NCBI GenBank assembly: GCA_035308905.1
Contig: DATGFS010000048.1
Location: 121,422 to 185,421, forward strand
Direction of reading: 5' to 3'
DNA length: 64,000 bases
DNA from: a bacterium
Lineage (GTDB): Bacteria > Sysuimicrobiota > Sysuimicrobiia > Sysuimicrobiales > Segetimicrobiaceae
Under the pieces are notes generated by a model, which had not been told where the DNA came from, made no database searches, and was given only the letters and a program-made list of their open reading frames with translations. The position numbers and the translations under genes were made by a program. This document shows positions 1 through 8,832 of this stretch, piece after piece; positions within the stretch are counted from its first letter, which is position 1; every line of letters begins with the position of its first letter.

Positions 1-801
1 TCGGCCGCCCGGCTGGACGCGCCGTCCGCGGCGGACGTGCCCGGGTACGCGGCGGAGCGACTGCTGCCGCGGGTCATCGAGGCGACCGCCGCGGCGGGAC
101 CGAGGGCGCTCGCGGAGATCGTTCGTGCGCAGTTCGCCGGGGCGCCGGCGGATGCGCGCGCGGAGATGATCCGGCGCTGGCTCGACGGGGAGGAGCAGAC
201 GCCCGTCGAGCGCTACCTCGCGCGTGCCTCCGTCGGCCCGGTGCTCGAGGCGCTCGGGGATCGTGCCGCGGACGCATGTGCCGCCGGCCGCGCGGATCGC
301 GAGGCCCGCGACCCGCGGCATTGTCCGGTGTGCGGCGCGCTCCCCCAACTCGCCTTTATCGCGGCGCCGCCGGAGTCGCTCGCCGCGGGGCCGCGGTCGC
401 TCCAGTGCTCGCGCTGCGGGACGGCCTGGGCTTATCCGCGGCTGACCTGCGCGTCATGCGGAGAGCAGGATACGGCGAAGTTGACCGTGCTGGCTGAGGA
501 AGGCGCGGACGAACGGGCCCTCACCGGCAGCACCGTCCGCGGTCTTCGCGGTCGGTCCGACCCCGGCGGCCCGGGGCCCCGCTCGCGCGGGACTAGCCGG
601 CGGGATGCGCCGGCGTCGCCGCGTTTTCCGCACATGCGGATCGACGCCTGCGCCGCCTGTTCCAGGTATCTCGTCTCCATCGACCTCGGGCGCGATCCGC
701 GCGCGGTGCCCGCGGTCGACGAGTTGGCCGCGATTCCGCTCGATCTCCATGCCGTGGACCGCGGTTTCATCAAAATCACACCGAATCTGATGGGGGCGTG
801 A
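1..801 (+). CDS. fdhE: Formate dehydrogenase accessory protein FdhE (5' partial; reading frame open to window start)
   Basis: Paired CxxC...CxxC motifs (CPVCGA...CSRCGT...CASCGE...CAACSRY) and overall FdhE-like layout; lies next to an Fdh Fe-S subunit gene. In-frame sequence runs to position 1 with no stop, so the true start is probably upstream of the window. Confidence 0.6.
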   Translation, partial: SAARLDAPSAADVPGYAAERLLPRVIEATAAAGPRALAEIVRAQFAGAPADARAEMIRRWLDGEEQTPVERYLARASVGPVLEALGDRAADACAAGRADREARDPRHCPVCGALPQLAFIAAPPESLAAGPRSLQCSRCGTAWAYPRLTCASCGEQDTAKLTVLAEEGADERALTGSTVRGLRGRSDPGGPGPRSRGTSRRDAPASPRFPHMRIDACAACSRYLVSIDLGRDPRAVPAVDELAAIPLDLHAVDRGFIKITPNLMGA

Positions 802-804
802 GCC

Positions 805-1632
805 ATGCCTGAGGCCGTCGGCTTTTTCACCGACTCGAGCGTCTGCATCGGCTGCAAAGCCTGCGAGGTCGCCTGCAAAGAGTGGAACGGGCTCCCCGGC
901 GACAAGCCGAAGTTTATGGACAGCTACGACAACACCGGCGCGCTCGACGAACAGAACTGGCGGCACGTCCAGTTCATCGAGCGGATGGACGACAAGCCGG
1001 TCCAGACCGGCAACGGCGCCGCGTGGCTCATGCTCTCCGACGTCTGCAAGCACTGCAAACACGCGAGCTGCATGGAGGTCTGTCCGACCGGCGCGATCGT
1101 GCGGACCGAGTTCGACACGGTGTTCATCCAGCAGGACGTCTGCAACGGCTGCCGCTACTGCATCTCCGCGTGCCCGTTCGGCGTGATCGGGTTCAGCGCG
1201 CAGACCGGCACCGTGCACAAGTGCACGTTCTGCTACGACCGGCTGCAGGCCGGCATGACGCCGGCGTGCGCGCAGGCGTGTCCGACGCAGTCGATCCAGT
1301 TCGGGCCGCTCGCTGAGATGCAAAAGCGCGCCGACGCGCGCCTCGCCGCGCTGCACGACCAGGGGTACGCGCAGGCGTCGCTCTACGGCCGCGACGAGGC
1401 GGTCTACGGCGGGCTCAACGCGTTCTTCTTGCTGATGGACAAGCCCGAGACGTACGGCCTGCCGAACGCGCAGAATGCGGTGCTCCCGCGCCGGAACAAC
1501 AAGGGCGGCTACTTCGGCATGGTCGCGACGGCGCTGCTCGGCGCGGTGGCCGCGGTCGTCGCCTTCCGCGACCGGCGCATGAACGAGCTCGGGCGCGGCA
1601 AAAACGGCGCGACGGCGGGAGGGACCCGGTGA
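805..1632 (+). CDS. fdnH: Formate dehydrogenase iron-sulfur (beta) subunit, 4Fe-4S ferredoxin type
   Basis: N-terminus TDSSVCIGCKACEVACKEWNG plus several further Cx2Cx2Cx3CP ferredoxin motifs and a C-terminal TM helix, typical of FdnH/FdoH/FdxH. Confidence 0.8.
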   Translation: MPEAVGFFTDSSVCIGCKACEVACKEWNGLPGDKPKFMDSYDNTGALDEQNWRHVQFIERMDDKPVQTGNGAAWLMLSDVCKHCKHASCMEVCPTGAIVRTEFDTVFIQQDVCNGCRYCISACPFGVIGFSAQTGTVHKCTFCYDRLQAGMTPACAQACPTQSIQFGPLAEMQKRADARLAALHDQGYAQASLYGRDEAVYGGLNAFFLLMDKPETYGLPNAQNAVLPRRNNKGGYFGMVATALLGAVAAVVAFRDRRMNELGRGKNGATAGGTR

Positions 1633-2483
1633 TGGCGGAACATTTTGTCCGGCCGCCGGACTGGACGTGGTACATTCTGGCATACTTCTTCTTCGCCGGC
1701 CTGACCGGCGGCATGTACGCGATCGGCGCGATGCTGCGGCTGTGGGGGCGGTCCGGCGACGAGACCGTCGCGCGCACGGCGTTTCTCTGGGCGTTCCCGA
1801 TCCTGGTCGTCTGCCCGATTCTCCTGACGATCGATCTCGGGAAGCCGCTGCGGTTCTTCCACATGCTGGTATCGACGACGCCGGGGCAGGGCGGGCTGAT
1901 CTTCCATTACTGGAGCCCGATGTCGGTCGGCAGTTGGGCGCTGCTGGTCTACGGCGTCTTCGCGTTTGTGTCGTTCCTCGAGGCGGTCCGCGGGCGTCCG
2001 GGCGGCGGCCGGCTGTTCACCGCCATCGGGGGGCTCCTCGGTCTCTTCGTCGCGTCGTACACCGGAGTGCTGCTGAGCGTGTCCAATCAGCCCCTCTGGA
2101 GCGACACCTGGACGCTCGGCGGGCTGTTCCTCGCCTCCGGGCTGACCGGGGCGGCGGCGCTTCTGGCCCTGGTCGCCCGCAGCGAGGCGGCCGCCGCGGG
2201 CACGGACGCGCGGCTCCGGGTCGCCGACGGCTATTTCGCGCTGATCGAGCTCGTCTGGATCCTGCTGCTGTTCGCGACGCTCGCCGCGGCCGGGACGCTG
2301 TCGGTGGCGCTGCGGGCGCCGTGGATCGTGCTGTGGCTGGTCGTGCTCATCGGCCTCATCCCGCCGCTCATGGCGCTCGGCGGCCGGGAGCGCGCCCGCC
2401 GCGGCGGGGCGCTGGTCGCCCTGCTGGCGCTTGTCGGCGTGCTGGCGCTGCGGGCCGCGATCATCTTCAGCGCGCAGGGTTAG
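1629..2483 (+). CDS. NrfD/PsrC-family polytopic membrane subunit (formate dehydrogenase membrane anchor)
   Basis: About 8 predicted TM helices; NrfD-like N-terminus (W/Y-rich, FFFAGLTGG); ATGA overlap with the upstream Fe-S subunit gene. Confidence 0.6.
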   Translation: MMAEHFVRPPDWTWYILAYFFFAGLTGGMYAIGAMLRLWGRSGDETVARTAFLWAFPILVVCPILLTIDLGKPLRFFHMLVSTTPGQGGLIFHYWSPMSVGSWALLVYGVFAFVSFLEAVRGRPGGGRLFTAIGGLLGLFVASYTGVLLSVSNQPLWSDTWTLGGLFLASGLTGAAALLALVARSEAAAAGTDARLRVADGYFALIELVWILLLFATLAAAGTLSVALRAPWIVLWLVVLIGLIPPLMALGGRERARRGGALVALLALVGVLALRAAIIFSAQG

Positions 2484-3327
2484 CGCCGCCGACTTCACCG
2501 AGTTCGGTGCCGCCGTAGACCGGGTCCAGGTCGGCGTCGTCGCCGATATCCACTGCGGCCCGGACCGGGATGTCCTGCCGGGCAGTCGAACTCCCATGCT
2601 GCTCGATCGCTTCATCGCGGCGATGCGGGACGCGCGCCCCGCGTGCATCGTCGACTTGGGCGACCGCATCAACAGCGTCGCGGCCGGCCAGGACGGTGTC
2701 CGGGAACGGTACGTCCGCCGGCGCCTCGAGGATGCCGGCGTGCCCGTGTACCACGTGCTCGGCAACACCGATGTCGAGCATCTCCCCAAGCACGACGCGC
2801 TGGCCGCGGTTAAAAAGGGGTGGGCGGCGGAACTGATCGATCTCGGGCCGCTGCGCCTGGTCTTGCTTGATACCGTCGACCCCGCGGTCGACGTCAGCGG
2901 GGTCCCCGGTCGAGGGTCGGCCGGCGGCTCGATGGGCGCCGCGCAGATCGACTGGCTTCGCGCGGTGCTGGCCGAGCGCGCGGCGCCGTGCCTGGTGTTC
3001 GGCCACCATCCCCTCGACGAGCCCGCGCTCGACGGACACCATTACTTTGCCGCCAGCCCGCCGCTCGCCGCCGTGCGGAACCGCGCCGAGGTCCGAGCGG
3101 TCCTCGAGGGTGCGCCGGCCGTGACCGCGGTGTTCTCCGGCCACCTGCATTGGACCCGCGCGGCCCAGATCAACGGGATTCCCTACGTGACGATCGGCTC
3201 GCTCGTCGACACGGCGTATACGGGCGGCGAGCCCGCCGGTGCGTACGCGCTCGTGACCGCCGGTGCGGGCGCGCTGGAGGTCGGCGTCTTCGGCCGCGCG
3301 CCGGCCGAGTTCACGTTTCCGCGGTGA
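2431..3327 (+). CDS. Calcineurin-like metallophosphoesterase
   Basis: Motifs VVADIHCG, DLGDRIN, GNTD, GHHP, GHLH. The start is uncertain: the ATG at 2431 overlaps the NrfD-like gene by 53 nt, and there is no clean canonical start after 2483 in this frame. Confidence 0.55.
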   Translation: MSACWRCGPRSSSARRVSAADFTEFGAAVDRVQVGVVADIHCGPDRDVLPGSRTPMLLDRFIAAMRDARPACIVDLGDRINSVAAGQDGVRERYVRRRLEDAGVPVYHVLGNTDVEHLPKHDALAAVKKGWAAELIDLGPLRLVLLDTVDPAVDVSGVPGRGSAGGSMGAAQIDWLRAVLAERAAPCLVFGHHPLDEPALDGHHYFAASPPLAAVRNRAEVRAVLEGAPAVTAVFSGHLHWTRAAQINGIPYVTIGSLVDTAYTGGEPAGAYALVTAGAGALEVGVFGRAPAEFTFPR

Positions 3328-3730
3328 TCCGCCAAGTATAGGTCAGTTCGGCGCTCGCCCGCAGCATCGCGGAGACCGAGCAGTACTTTTCCTGGCTCAA
3401 TTCCACGGCGCGGCCGGCCTGCTCGGGCTTGAGGTCCCTTCCGCGGAAGATGTACTCGAGACGGACGTGCGTGAAGATTCTTGGGTGCTCATCCCGGCGG
3501 TCGCCGGACACGCGGATCTCGAGGCCGGCGAGCGGCGCGCGCATCTTGCCGAGAACGGAGACGACGTCCATCCCGGTGCAGCCCGCGAGCGCGAGGAGGA
3601 GCGTTTCCATGGGCGACGGCCCCTGCCCGGTGCCGCCGTGCTCCGGCCGCGCGTCCAGGGTGATGGTTCCACCGGACTCCGCGGCGCCCCCGAAGCGCAT
3701 TCCGCCCTCCCAGCGCAGCGTGGCGTCCAT
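3311..3730 (-). CDS. OsmC/Ohr family peroxiredoxin-like protein
   Basis: OsmC-like core (LLLALAGCTGMDVVSVLGKMR...KYCSVSAML). Internal ATG at 3730 preceded by AAGGA. The upstream 122 codons of the track ORF are Arg/Pro-rich junk. Confidence 0.75.
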   Translation of the reverse strand: MDATLRWEGGMRFGGAAESGGTITLDARPEHGGTGQGPSPMETLLLALAGCTGMDVVSVLGKMRAPLAGLEIRVSGDRRDEHPRIFTHVRLEYIFRGRDLKPEQAGRAVELSQEKYCSVSAMLRASAELTYTWRITAET

Positions 3731-3856
3731 GCCGTCACCGTCCTTTCTCGATTCGGGGGACAGTTCGACACGATCGCCAGGAAAGCACCTTTGAACGGGT
3801 GAAGGAGACAGGGCGTCGGCGCGGCGCACACGGGAGTCGCGGAGGCACGAACCTCG

Positions 3857-4339
3857 ATGGAGACGTACGTGGTGCGGGTGGAGAACCCGGACGGGCTCAA
3901 TGTGATTCTGGGCCAATCGCATTTCATCAAGACGGTTGACGACCTGCACGAAGCGCTCGCCGGCGCCGTGCCGAACATCCGGTTCGGGTTGGCGTTCTGC
4001 GAAGCCAGCGGACCGCGCCTGATCCGCACCAGCGGGACCGCGCAGCCTCTGGTCGATCGCGCGGCGGGGGCCGCGAAGGCGCTCGGATGCGGACACGTGT
4101 TCGTCGTCTTTCTCGACGGCGCGTTTCCGATCAACGTGCTCGGGGTGATCCGCGAGGTACCCGAAGTGTGCCGGATCTTCTGCGCCACCGCGAACCCGCT
4201 CGAGGTCGTGGTGGCGGAAACCGAGCAGGGACGCGGGGTGCTGGGCGTGATCGACGGTGAGCCTCCGCTCGGTGTGGAGGGGCCCGACGACGTCCGCGCC
4301 CGGCGGGAGCTTCTCCGGAAGTTCGGTTACAAGTTGTGA
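3857..4339 (+). CDS. PF04008-like (adenosine-specific kinase family) protein
   Basis: Close match to the conserved archaeal/bacterial PF04008 family (VILGQSHFIKTVDDL...FCEASGPRL...FPINVLG...VFCATANP...LRKFGYKL). The end overlaps the rpiA start by 4 nt. Confidence 0.6.
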   Translation: METYVVRVENPDGLNVILGQSHFIKTVDDLHEALAGAVPNIRFGLAFCEASGPRLIRTSGTAQPLVDRAAGAAKALGCGHVFVVFLDGAFPINVLGVIREVPEVCRIFCATANPLEVVVAETEQGRGVLGVIDGEPPLGVEGPDDVRARRELLRKFGYKL

Positions 4340-5034
4340 GCGGAGACGGCCCGGGCGGGCCGCTCGAGCGGTACAAGCGTGATGCCGCCCTGGCTGCGGT
4401 CGCCGCGGAAGTGCGGGACGGCATGCTGGTGGGTCTCGGCAGCGGCTCGACCGCCGCGTACGTCATCCGCGAGATCGGGCGCCGCGTCCGCGAGGGCGGG
4501 TGGCGGATCCGAGGCGTGCCCACCTCCGAGCGCACGGCCGAGATCGCCCGTGAGGTTGGGATCCCGCTCGTTGCGCTCGAGGAGGCGCCGGACGTCGTCA
4601 TCGACGGCGCGGACCAGATCGATCCGTCCCTCGCCATAATCAAGGGCGGCGGGGGGGCCCACGCCCGGGAGAAGATTGTCGCCACGGCGGCCAGGCGGGC
4701 CGTCATCGTCGCGGATTACACGAAGGCGGTTCCGCACCTCACCGGTCCGGTGCCCCTTGAGGTGCTCCCCTTCGCCGCCTCCTGGATCATGCGGGTGCTG
4801 CCCGAGCGGATCCCGGGGGCGGAGGCCCGTCGGCGGACGCGGGACGGCCGGCCGTTCGCGACCGACAACGGCAACCCCGTTATCGATCTCACCTGCGGCG
4901 TCATCGAGGACCCGGCCGCGGTGGCCGCGACCCTCGAACACATGCCCGGTGTTGTCGAGCACGGCCTGTTTGTCGGGATCGCGCATGTTGTGTACTTCGC
5001 CGGCCCTAAGGGAATAAAGATAGAAAAAATCTAG
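4336..5034 (+). CDS. rpiA: Ribose-5-phosphate isomerase A
   Basis: GLGSGST, DGADQID and KGGGGA motifs typical of RpiA. Confidence 0.85.
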   Translation: MSGDGPGGPLERYKRDAALAAVAAEVRDGMLVGLGSGSTAAYVIREIGRRVREGGWRIRGVPTSERTAEIAREVGIPLVALEEAPDVVIDGADQIDPSLAIIKGGGGAHAREKIVATAARRAVIVADYTKAVPHLTGPVPLEVLPFAASWIMRVLPERIPGAEARRRTRDGRPFATDNGNPVIDLTCGVIEDPAAVAATLEHMPGVVEHGLFVGIAHVVYFAGPKGIKIEKI

Positions 5035-5105
5035 CGGTGCGATGTTTAGCCTTAACATTGCTCTGGGAAAATACTTTAGGAACGAATCCCCAGAGGCGGT
5101 GACAT

Positions 5106-5414
5106 ATGGCTACGCTTATACCGGTGACGTTTCGCTTTCCGGCGCGGCTGATGCCGACCGCACGGGCTGTTTCGGTGATCGGTTCCTTCAACGGCTGGAA
5201 TCCCCAGGTGCATCGTCTACGCCGCACGCCCGATAACGAGTGGGCCGTGACGGTGTACCTGTCGCCCGGCCGCGCCGTGTACTGCTTCTCGGTGGACGGC
5301 GTGATGTGGCTCGATCCCGCCGATGAAGGACGCGTTCCCAACGGGTGGGGCTCGGAGTACTCGGTCAGGCACGTCGCGTCGGGGGTGGAGGCGGCCTTCG
5401 CGCATTCCGCCTAA
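5106..5414 (+). CDS. Small standalone CBM48 / AMPK-beta glycogen-binding-domain-like protein
   Basis: VTFRFP...SVIGSFNGWNP...WAVTVYLSPGRAVYCFSVDGVMWLDP pattern of the E-set/CBM48 fold; RBS AGAGGCGG upstream. Confidence 0.5.
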   Translation: MATLIPVTFRFPARLMPTARAVSVIGSFNGWNPQVHRLRRTPDNEWAVTVYLSPGRAVYCFSVDGVMWLDPADEGRVPNGWGSEYSVRHVASGVEAAFAHSA

Positions 5415-5432
5415 CGGCTCGTTCTGAGCTCG

Positions 5433-5476
5433 GTAAAAAACGAAGCCGGCGTCCCGATCGGGACGCCGGCTTCGTT
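5433..5476. terminator. Bidirectional Rho-independent terminator between convergent genes
   Basis: A6 tract, a perfect 15-bp GC-rich stem (CGAAGCCGGCGTCCC / GGGACGCCGGCTTCG) with a 4-nt loop, then TTT. Confidence 0.55.
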
Positions 5477-5507
5477 TCACGCTGCCGCCGGCAGCGCCGG
5501 CTCCGGC

Positions 5508-5690
5508 TTAGAACACCAGCCAGTGAAGCAGGGGAATGGCCAATAGGCCATACCCAAACGCCAAGAAGGATCCCGCGATCAGGTGCTGCACTTCGTCCGT
5601 CACGCGAAGGACGCGCAGCGTCAGCGCGGTCAGCGGCAGACCCCACCCCAGCATGATGACTCCGGCCAGCCCCACATGCGCAACCGACAT
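5508..5690 (-). CDS. Hypothetical small membrane protein (2 TM)
   Basis: 60-aa hydrophobic ORF convergent with the upstream gene across the terminator; no recognisable family. Confidence 0.3.
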   Translation of the reverse strand: MSVAHVGLAGVIMLGWGLPLTALTLRVLRVTDEVQHLIAGSFLAFGYGLLAIPLLHWLVF

Positions 5691-5836
5691 CCGGCTCTCC
5701 CCCCGAAGACCACCAGAGCGGCTTCATCCTAGCACAAAGCCGCGGCCCCGTTGAAGGGGACGCCGGCCGCCCGGCCGGCAGCGCGCCGCCGCCGTGGCGT
5801 TGACACCGCCGGTGCCGGTCCGCTATTGTATGAGCA

Positions 5837-5863
5837 CCCCCCCACCCCTAGGGGGGAGGGAGG
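5837..5863. promoter_or_regulatory. Candidate CsoR operator (C-tract/G-tract pseudo-palindrome)
   Basis: CCCCCCCACCCCTAGGGGGGAGGGAGG contains the perfect 10-bp palindrome CCCCTAGGGG, 12 nt upstream of the csoR ATG. This resembles known GC-rich CsoR operators. Confidence 0.4.
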
Positions 5864-5874
5864 CTTGTCCCCCG

Positions 5875-6261
5875 ATGCCGCGAAACGTGACCGGGCTCGA
5901 CCCCAAGGCCAAGGCCCAGATTCTCGCGCGGCTGCGCAGCATCGAAGGGCACTGGCGCGCGGTCGTCCGGATGGTCGACGAGGACCGGTATTGCGTAGAC
6001 GTCATCAAGCAGATCAGCGCCGTGCAGAGCGCCGTCGACAAAGCGACGGCCCTGCTGCTCGAGCGGCACCTCAACCACTGCGTGACCGGCGCGATCCGGT
6101 CGGACAATCCCCGTCAGCGCGAGCGCGCCATCGCCGAGCTGCTCGAGGTCTTCGAAAACCGCCGGCAGTACGCGTCGATTACATCGTTGCCGGCGCGCGT
6201 TGGCTCGCGCCCGCAGGCCCGGAGCCGGCCGGCACGGTCGAACGGCGGCGGCGCCTCGTAG
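5875..6261 (+). CDS. csoR: CsoR/RcnR-family copper-sensing transcriptional repressor
   Basis: DUF156 core ([42 protein letters not shown]...ERHLNHC) with conserved Cys/His ligands. Start moved to the ATG at 5875 so that the operator is non-coding. Its stop lies 13 nt before the copA ATG. Confidence 0.75.
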   Translation: MPRNVTGLDPKAKAQILARLRSIEGHWRAVVRMVDEDRYCVDVIKQISAVQSAVDKATALLLERHLNHCVTGAIRSDNPRQRERAIAELLEVFENRRQYASITSLPARVGSRPQARSRPARSNGGGAS

Positions 6262-6274
6262 ACCGGAGAATGCG

Positions 6275-8563
6275 ATGACGGCGGAAACGCGCGCGGCCAC
6301 GGCCACGGTCGATCTCCCCATCGAGGGGATGACGTGCGCGTCGTGCGTTCGCCGAATCGAGAAGTCCCTGCGCCGCGTCGACGGGGTGAGCGAGGCGATG
6401 GTGAACCTCGCCGCGGCCAAGGCGCGCGTCGTCTTCGATCCGGCCGTGGCCACCGTGGAGCGCCTCGGCGCCGCGGTGGAGCAGGCCGGGTATGCGGTGG
6501 GACCCGCGCCGGAGGCCAGCGCGGCGTCGGGAACGCCGGCGGCGCCCCGATCCGGGGAGGACGATCCGGCCCAGCGCGAGCTGCGCGACTTGCGCGTCAA
6601 GTGGCTCACGAGCCTGATGGTGGGCGCGGCGATGATGGCGCTCATGTATCTCCCCCTTCACCTCGACATGACGCTTTGGGCGCCGGTGCTCCTGATCGCG
6701 GCCTCGGTCGTGCAGTTCTGGGCGGGCGCGGTGTTCTATCGCGCGGCATGGGCCGCCGCGCGCCACGGCGCGGCCACCATGGATACGCTGATCGCGCTCG
6801 GTACGGGCGCGGCATACGGCTACAGCGCGTTCGTGACGCTCTGGCCGTCGCTGGCGCGGCGCTGGGGATTCCCGCCCCATCTCTATTACGACTCCGCGGT
6901 CATCATCATCGCCCTGATTCTCCTCGGGCGCTGGCTGGAGCGCCGTGCGATGAAGCAGATGGGGGCGGCGATCACCGCGCTGATGAGCCTGCGTCCCAGG
7001 ACCGCGCGCGTCGTTCGCGAAGGCGCCGATCGGGATGTGCCGGTGGAGACGGTGCTCGCCGGTGATCTGATCCGCGTCCGGCCGGGGGAGACGCTGCCGG
7101 TCGACGGGGTCGTGCTGGAAGGGGCCTCGGCCGTCGACGAGAGCATGCTGACCGGAGAAAGCCTGCCGGTCGACAAGGCGCCCGGCGACACCGTGATCGG
7201 CGCGACGCTCAACACGAGGGGCTCGTTCGTCTTCCGCGCGACCAAGGTCGGGAAGGAGACGACGCTCGCGCAGATCGTCCGCCTGGTCGAAGAGGCGCAG
7301 GCGTCGAGCGCGCCGATTCAGCGGCTCGCCGACGCCGTCGCCGGCGTCTTCGTGCCGGTGGTGCTGGCCGTCGCGCTGCTGACGTTTGCCGGCTGGCTGC
7401 TGCTGGGGCCGGAGCCGCGGCTCACCTTTGCCCTCACCGCGGCGATCGCCGTCCTCATCATCGCGTGCCCCTGCGCGCTTGGGCTCGCCACCCCGACGGC
7501 GATCATGGCCGGCACCGGCACGGCGGCGGAGCACGGGGTCTTGATCCGCGGCGGCGGGGCGCTGGAGCAGGCGCGGCGGGTGACCAGCATCGTGCTCGAC
7601 AAGACCGGCACGCTGACGGCGGGCCGGCCCGAAGTCGTCCGCGTCCTGCCCGCCGGCGGTATCGAAGAGTCGGACGTGCTGCGGCTCGCGGCGGGCGCGG
7701 AGCGCGGGTCCGAGCACCCGCTCGGCGGCGCGATCGTCGCCGCCGCTCAGGCGCGGCGTCTCCACATCCCGCAGGCGGAGCGGTTCGAGTCGATCACGGG
7801 GAAGGGGATCACCGCGATCGTGGAAGGCCGCCGGCTGGCCATCGGCACCCGCGCCTTTATGGACGAGATCGGCGCCGCGCTCGACGGCCTGGGGGACCGT
7901 GCCGCCGAGATCGCCCGGACGGGCGCCACCCCGATGTTTTTGGCCGTGGATGGCCGCGGCGCGGGTCTGATCGCCGTGGCGGACCGGATCAAGCCCGGGG
8001 CTCGGGAGGCGGTCGAGTCGCTGCGGGCGCTCGGGCTCGAGGTGTGGATGGTGACGGGGGACCACCGGCTCGCGGCCGAGGCCGCCGCCGTCGAGGCGGG
8101 GATCGATCCCGCACACGTGATGGCGGAAGTCGCGCCGCGCCAGAAAGCGGAGAAGGTCAAGGCGCTGCAGGCCGCCGGGCAGGTGGTGGCGATGGTCGGC
8201 GACGGGATCAACGACGCGCCGGGGCTCGCGCAGTCCGACCTGGGCATCGCCATCGGGACGGGGACCGACGTCGCGATGGCGGCGTCCGACGTCACGCTCG
8301 TCGGCGGCGAGCTGCGCAACATCGCCGCGGCGATTGCGCTGTCACGGGCCACGGTCCGCGTCATCAAGCAGGGGCTCTTCTGGGCGTTCGCCTACAACGT
8401 GGTGCTCATCCCCGTCGCGATGGGCGCCCTCTACCCGTTCTTGCACGTCCTGCTGAACCCCGTCTTCGCGGCGGGGGCGATGGCGATGAGCAGCGTCAGC
8501 GTCGTGACGAACGCGCTGCGGCTGCGCGGATTCCGCTGGCCGATCAGCGGCCAGCAACCGTGA
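6275..8563 (+). CDS. copA: Copper-translocating P1B-type ATPase
   Basis: N-terminal HMA domain [13 protein letters not shown]; CPC motif ([12 protein letters not shown]); DKTGTLT; GDGINDAP. Confidence 0.9.
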   Translation: MTAETRAATATVDLPIEGMTCASCVRRIEKSLRRVDGVSEAMVNLAAAKARVVFDPAVATVERLGAAVEQAGYAVGPAPEASAASGTPAAPRSGEDDPAQRELRDLRVKWLTSLMVGAAMMALMYLPLHLDMTLWAPVLLIAASVVQFWAGAVFYRAAWAAARHGAATMDTLIALGTGAAYGYSAFVTLWPSLARRWGFPPHLYYDSAVIIIALILLGRWLERRAMKQMGAAITALMSLRPRTARVVREGADRDVPVETVLAGDLIRVRPGETLPVDGVVLEGASAVDESMLTGESLPVDKAPGDTVIGATLNTRGSFVFRATKVGKETTLAQIVRLVEEAQASSAPIQRLADAVAGVFVPVVLAVALLTFAGWLLLGPEPRLTFALTAAIAVLIIACPCALGLATPTAIMAGTGTAAEHGVLIRGGGALEQARRVTSIVLDKTGTLTAGRPEVVRVLPAGGIEESDVLRLAAGAERGSEHPLGGAIVAAAQARRLHIPQAERFESITGKGITAIVEGRRLAIGTRAFMDEIGAALDGLGDRAAEIARTGATPMFLAVDGRGAGLIAVADRIKPGAREAVESLRALGLEVWMVTGDHRLAAEAAAVEAGIDPAHVMAEVAPRQKAEKVKALQAAGQVVAMVGDGINDAPGLAQSDLGIAIGTGTDVAMAASDVTLVGGELRNIAAAIALSRATVRVIKQGLFWAFAYNVVLIPVAMGALYPFLHVLLNPVFAAGAMAMSSVSVVTNALRLRGFRWPISGQQP

Positions 8564-8601
8564 AATCGAAGCCGGACCGGCGATACGGGAGGAGAGCGTC
8601 T

Positions 8602-8829
8602 ATGACACGGGTCGTGCTGCGGGTGCCGGATATCTCATGCGAACATTGCGAGCGGACCATCACACAGGCGCTCGGGCGCACGGCCGGCGTCCGCGCGGTC
8701 GAGGTCGACATCCCGGCCAAGGAAGTCCGCGTCTCCTACGACGAGGGGTCCGTCGATCTCGGGCGGCTCAAAGCGGTGCTGCAAGCGGAAGACTACCCCG
8801 TTGCCTCCGCCGCCCCGGCGGACTCGTAG
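8602..8829 (+). CDS. copZ: Copper chaperone, HMA-domain protein (CopZ-like)
   Basis: 75-aa ferredoxin-like HMA fold with the metal site ISCEHC (a variant of MxCxxC); RBS GGGAGGAG upstream. The track ORF 7465..8829 is an out-of-context fusion with a junk N-terminus. Confidence 0.7.
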   Translation: MTRVVLRVPDISCEHCERTITQALGRTAGVRAVEVDIPAKEVRVSYDEGSVDLGRLKAVLQAEDYPVASAAPADS

Positions 8830-8832
8830 GGA

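Noticed and set aside
454-1683. 409-aa minus-strand ORF spanning fdhE and the Fe-S subunit gene
   Set aside because: Arg/Ala/Pro-rich antisense translation of a 70% GC region with no domain signal. The plus-strand genes have clear motifs.
6179-8116. 645-aa minus-strand ORF and 7465..8829 plus-strand ORF overlapping copA
   Set aside because: Low-complexity R/G/D/P-rich products typical of alternative frames in high-GC DNA. copA in the other frame has every P-type ATPase motif. Only the last 75 codons of 7465..8829 (copZ) are real.
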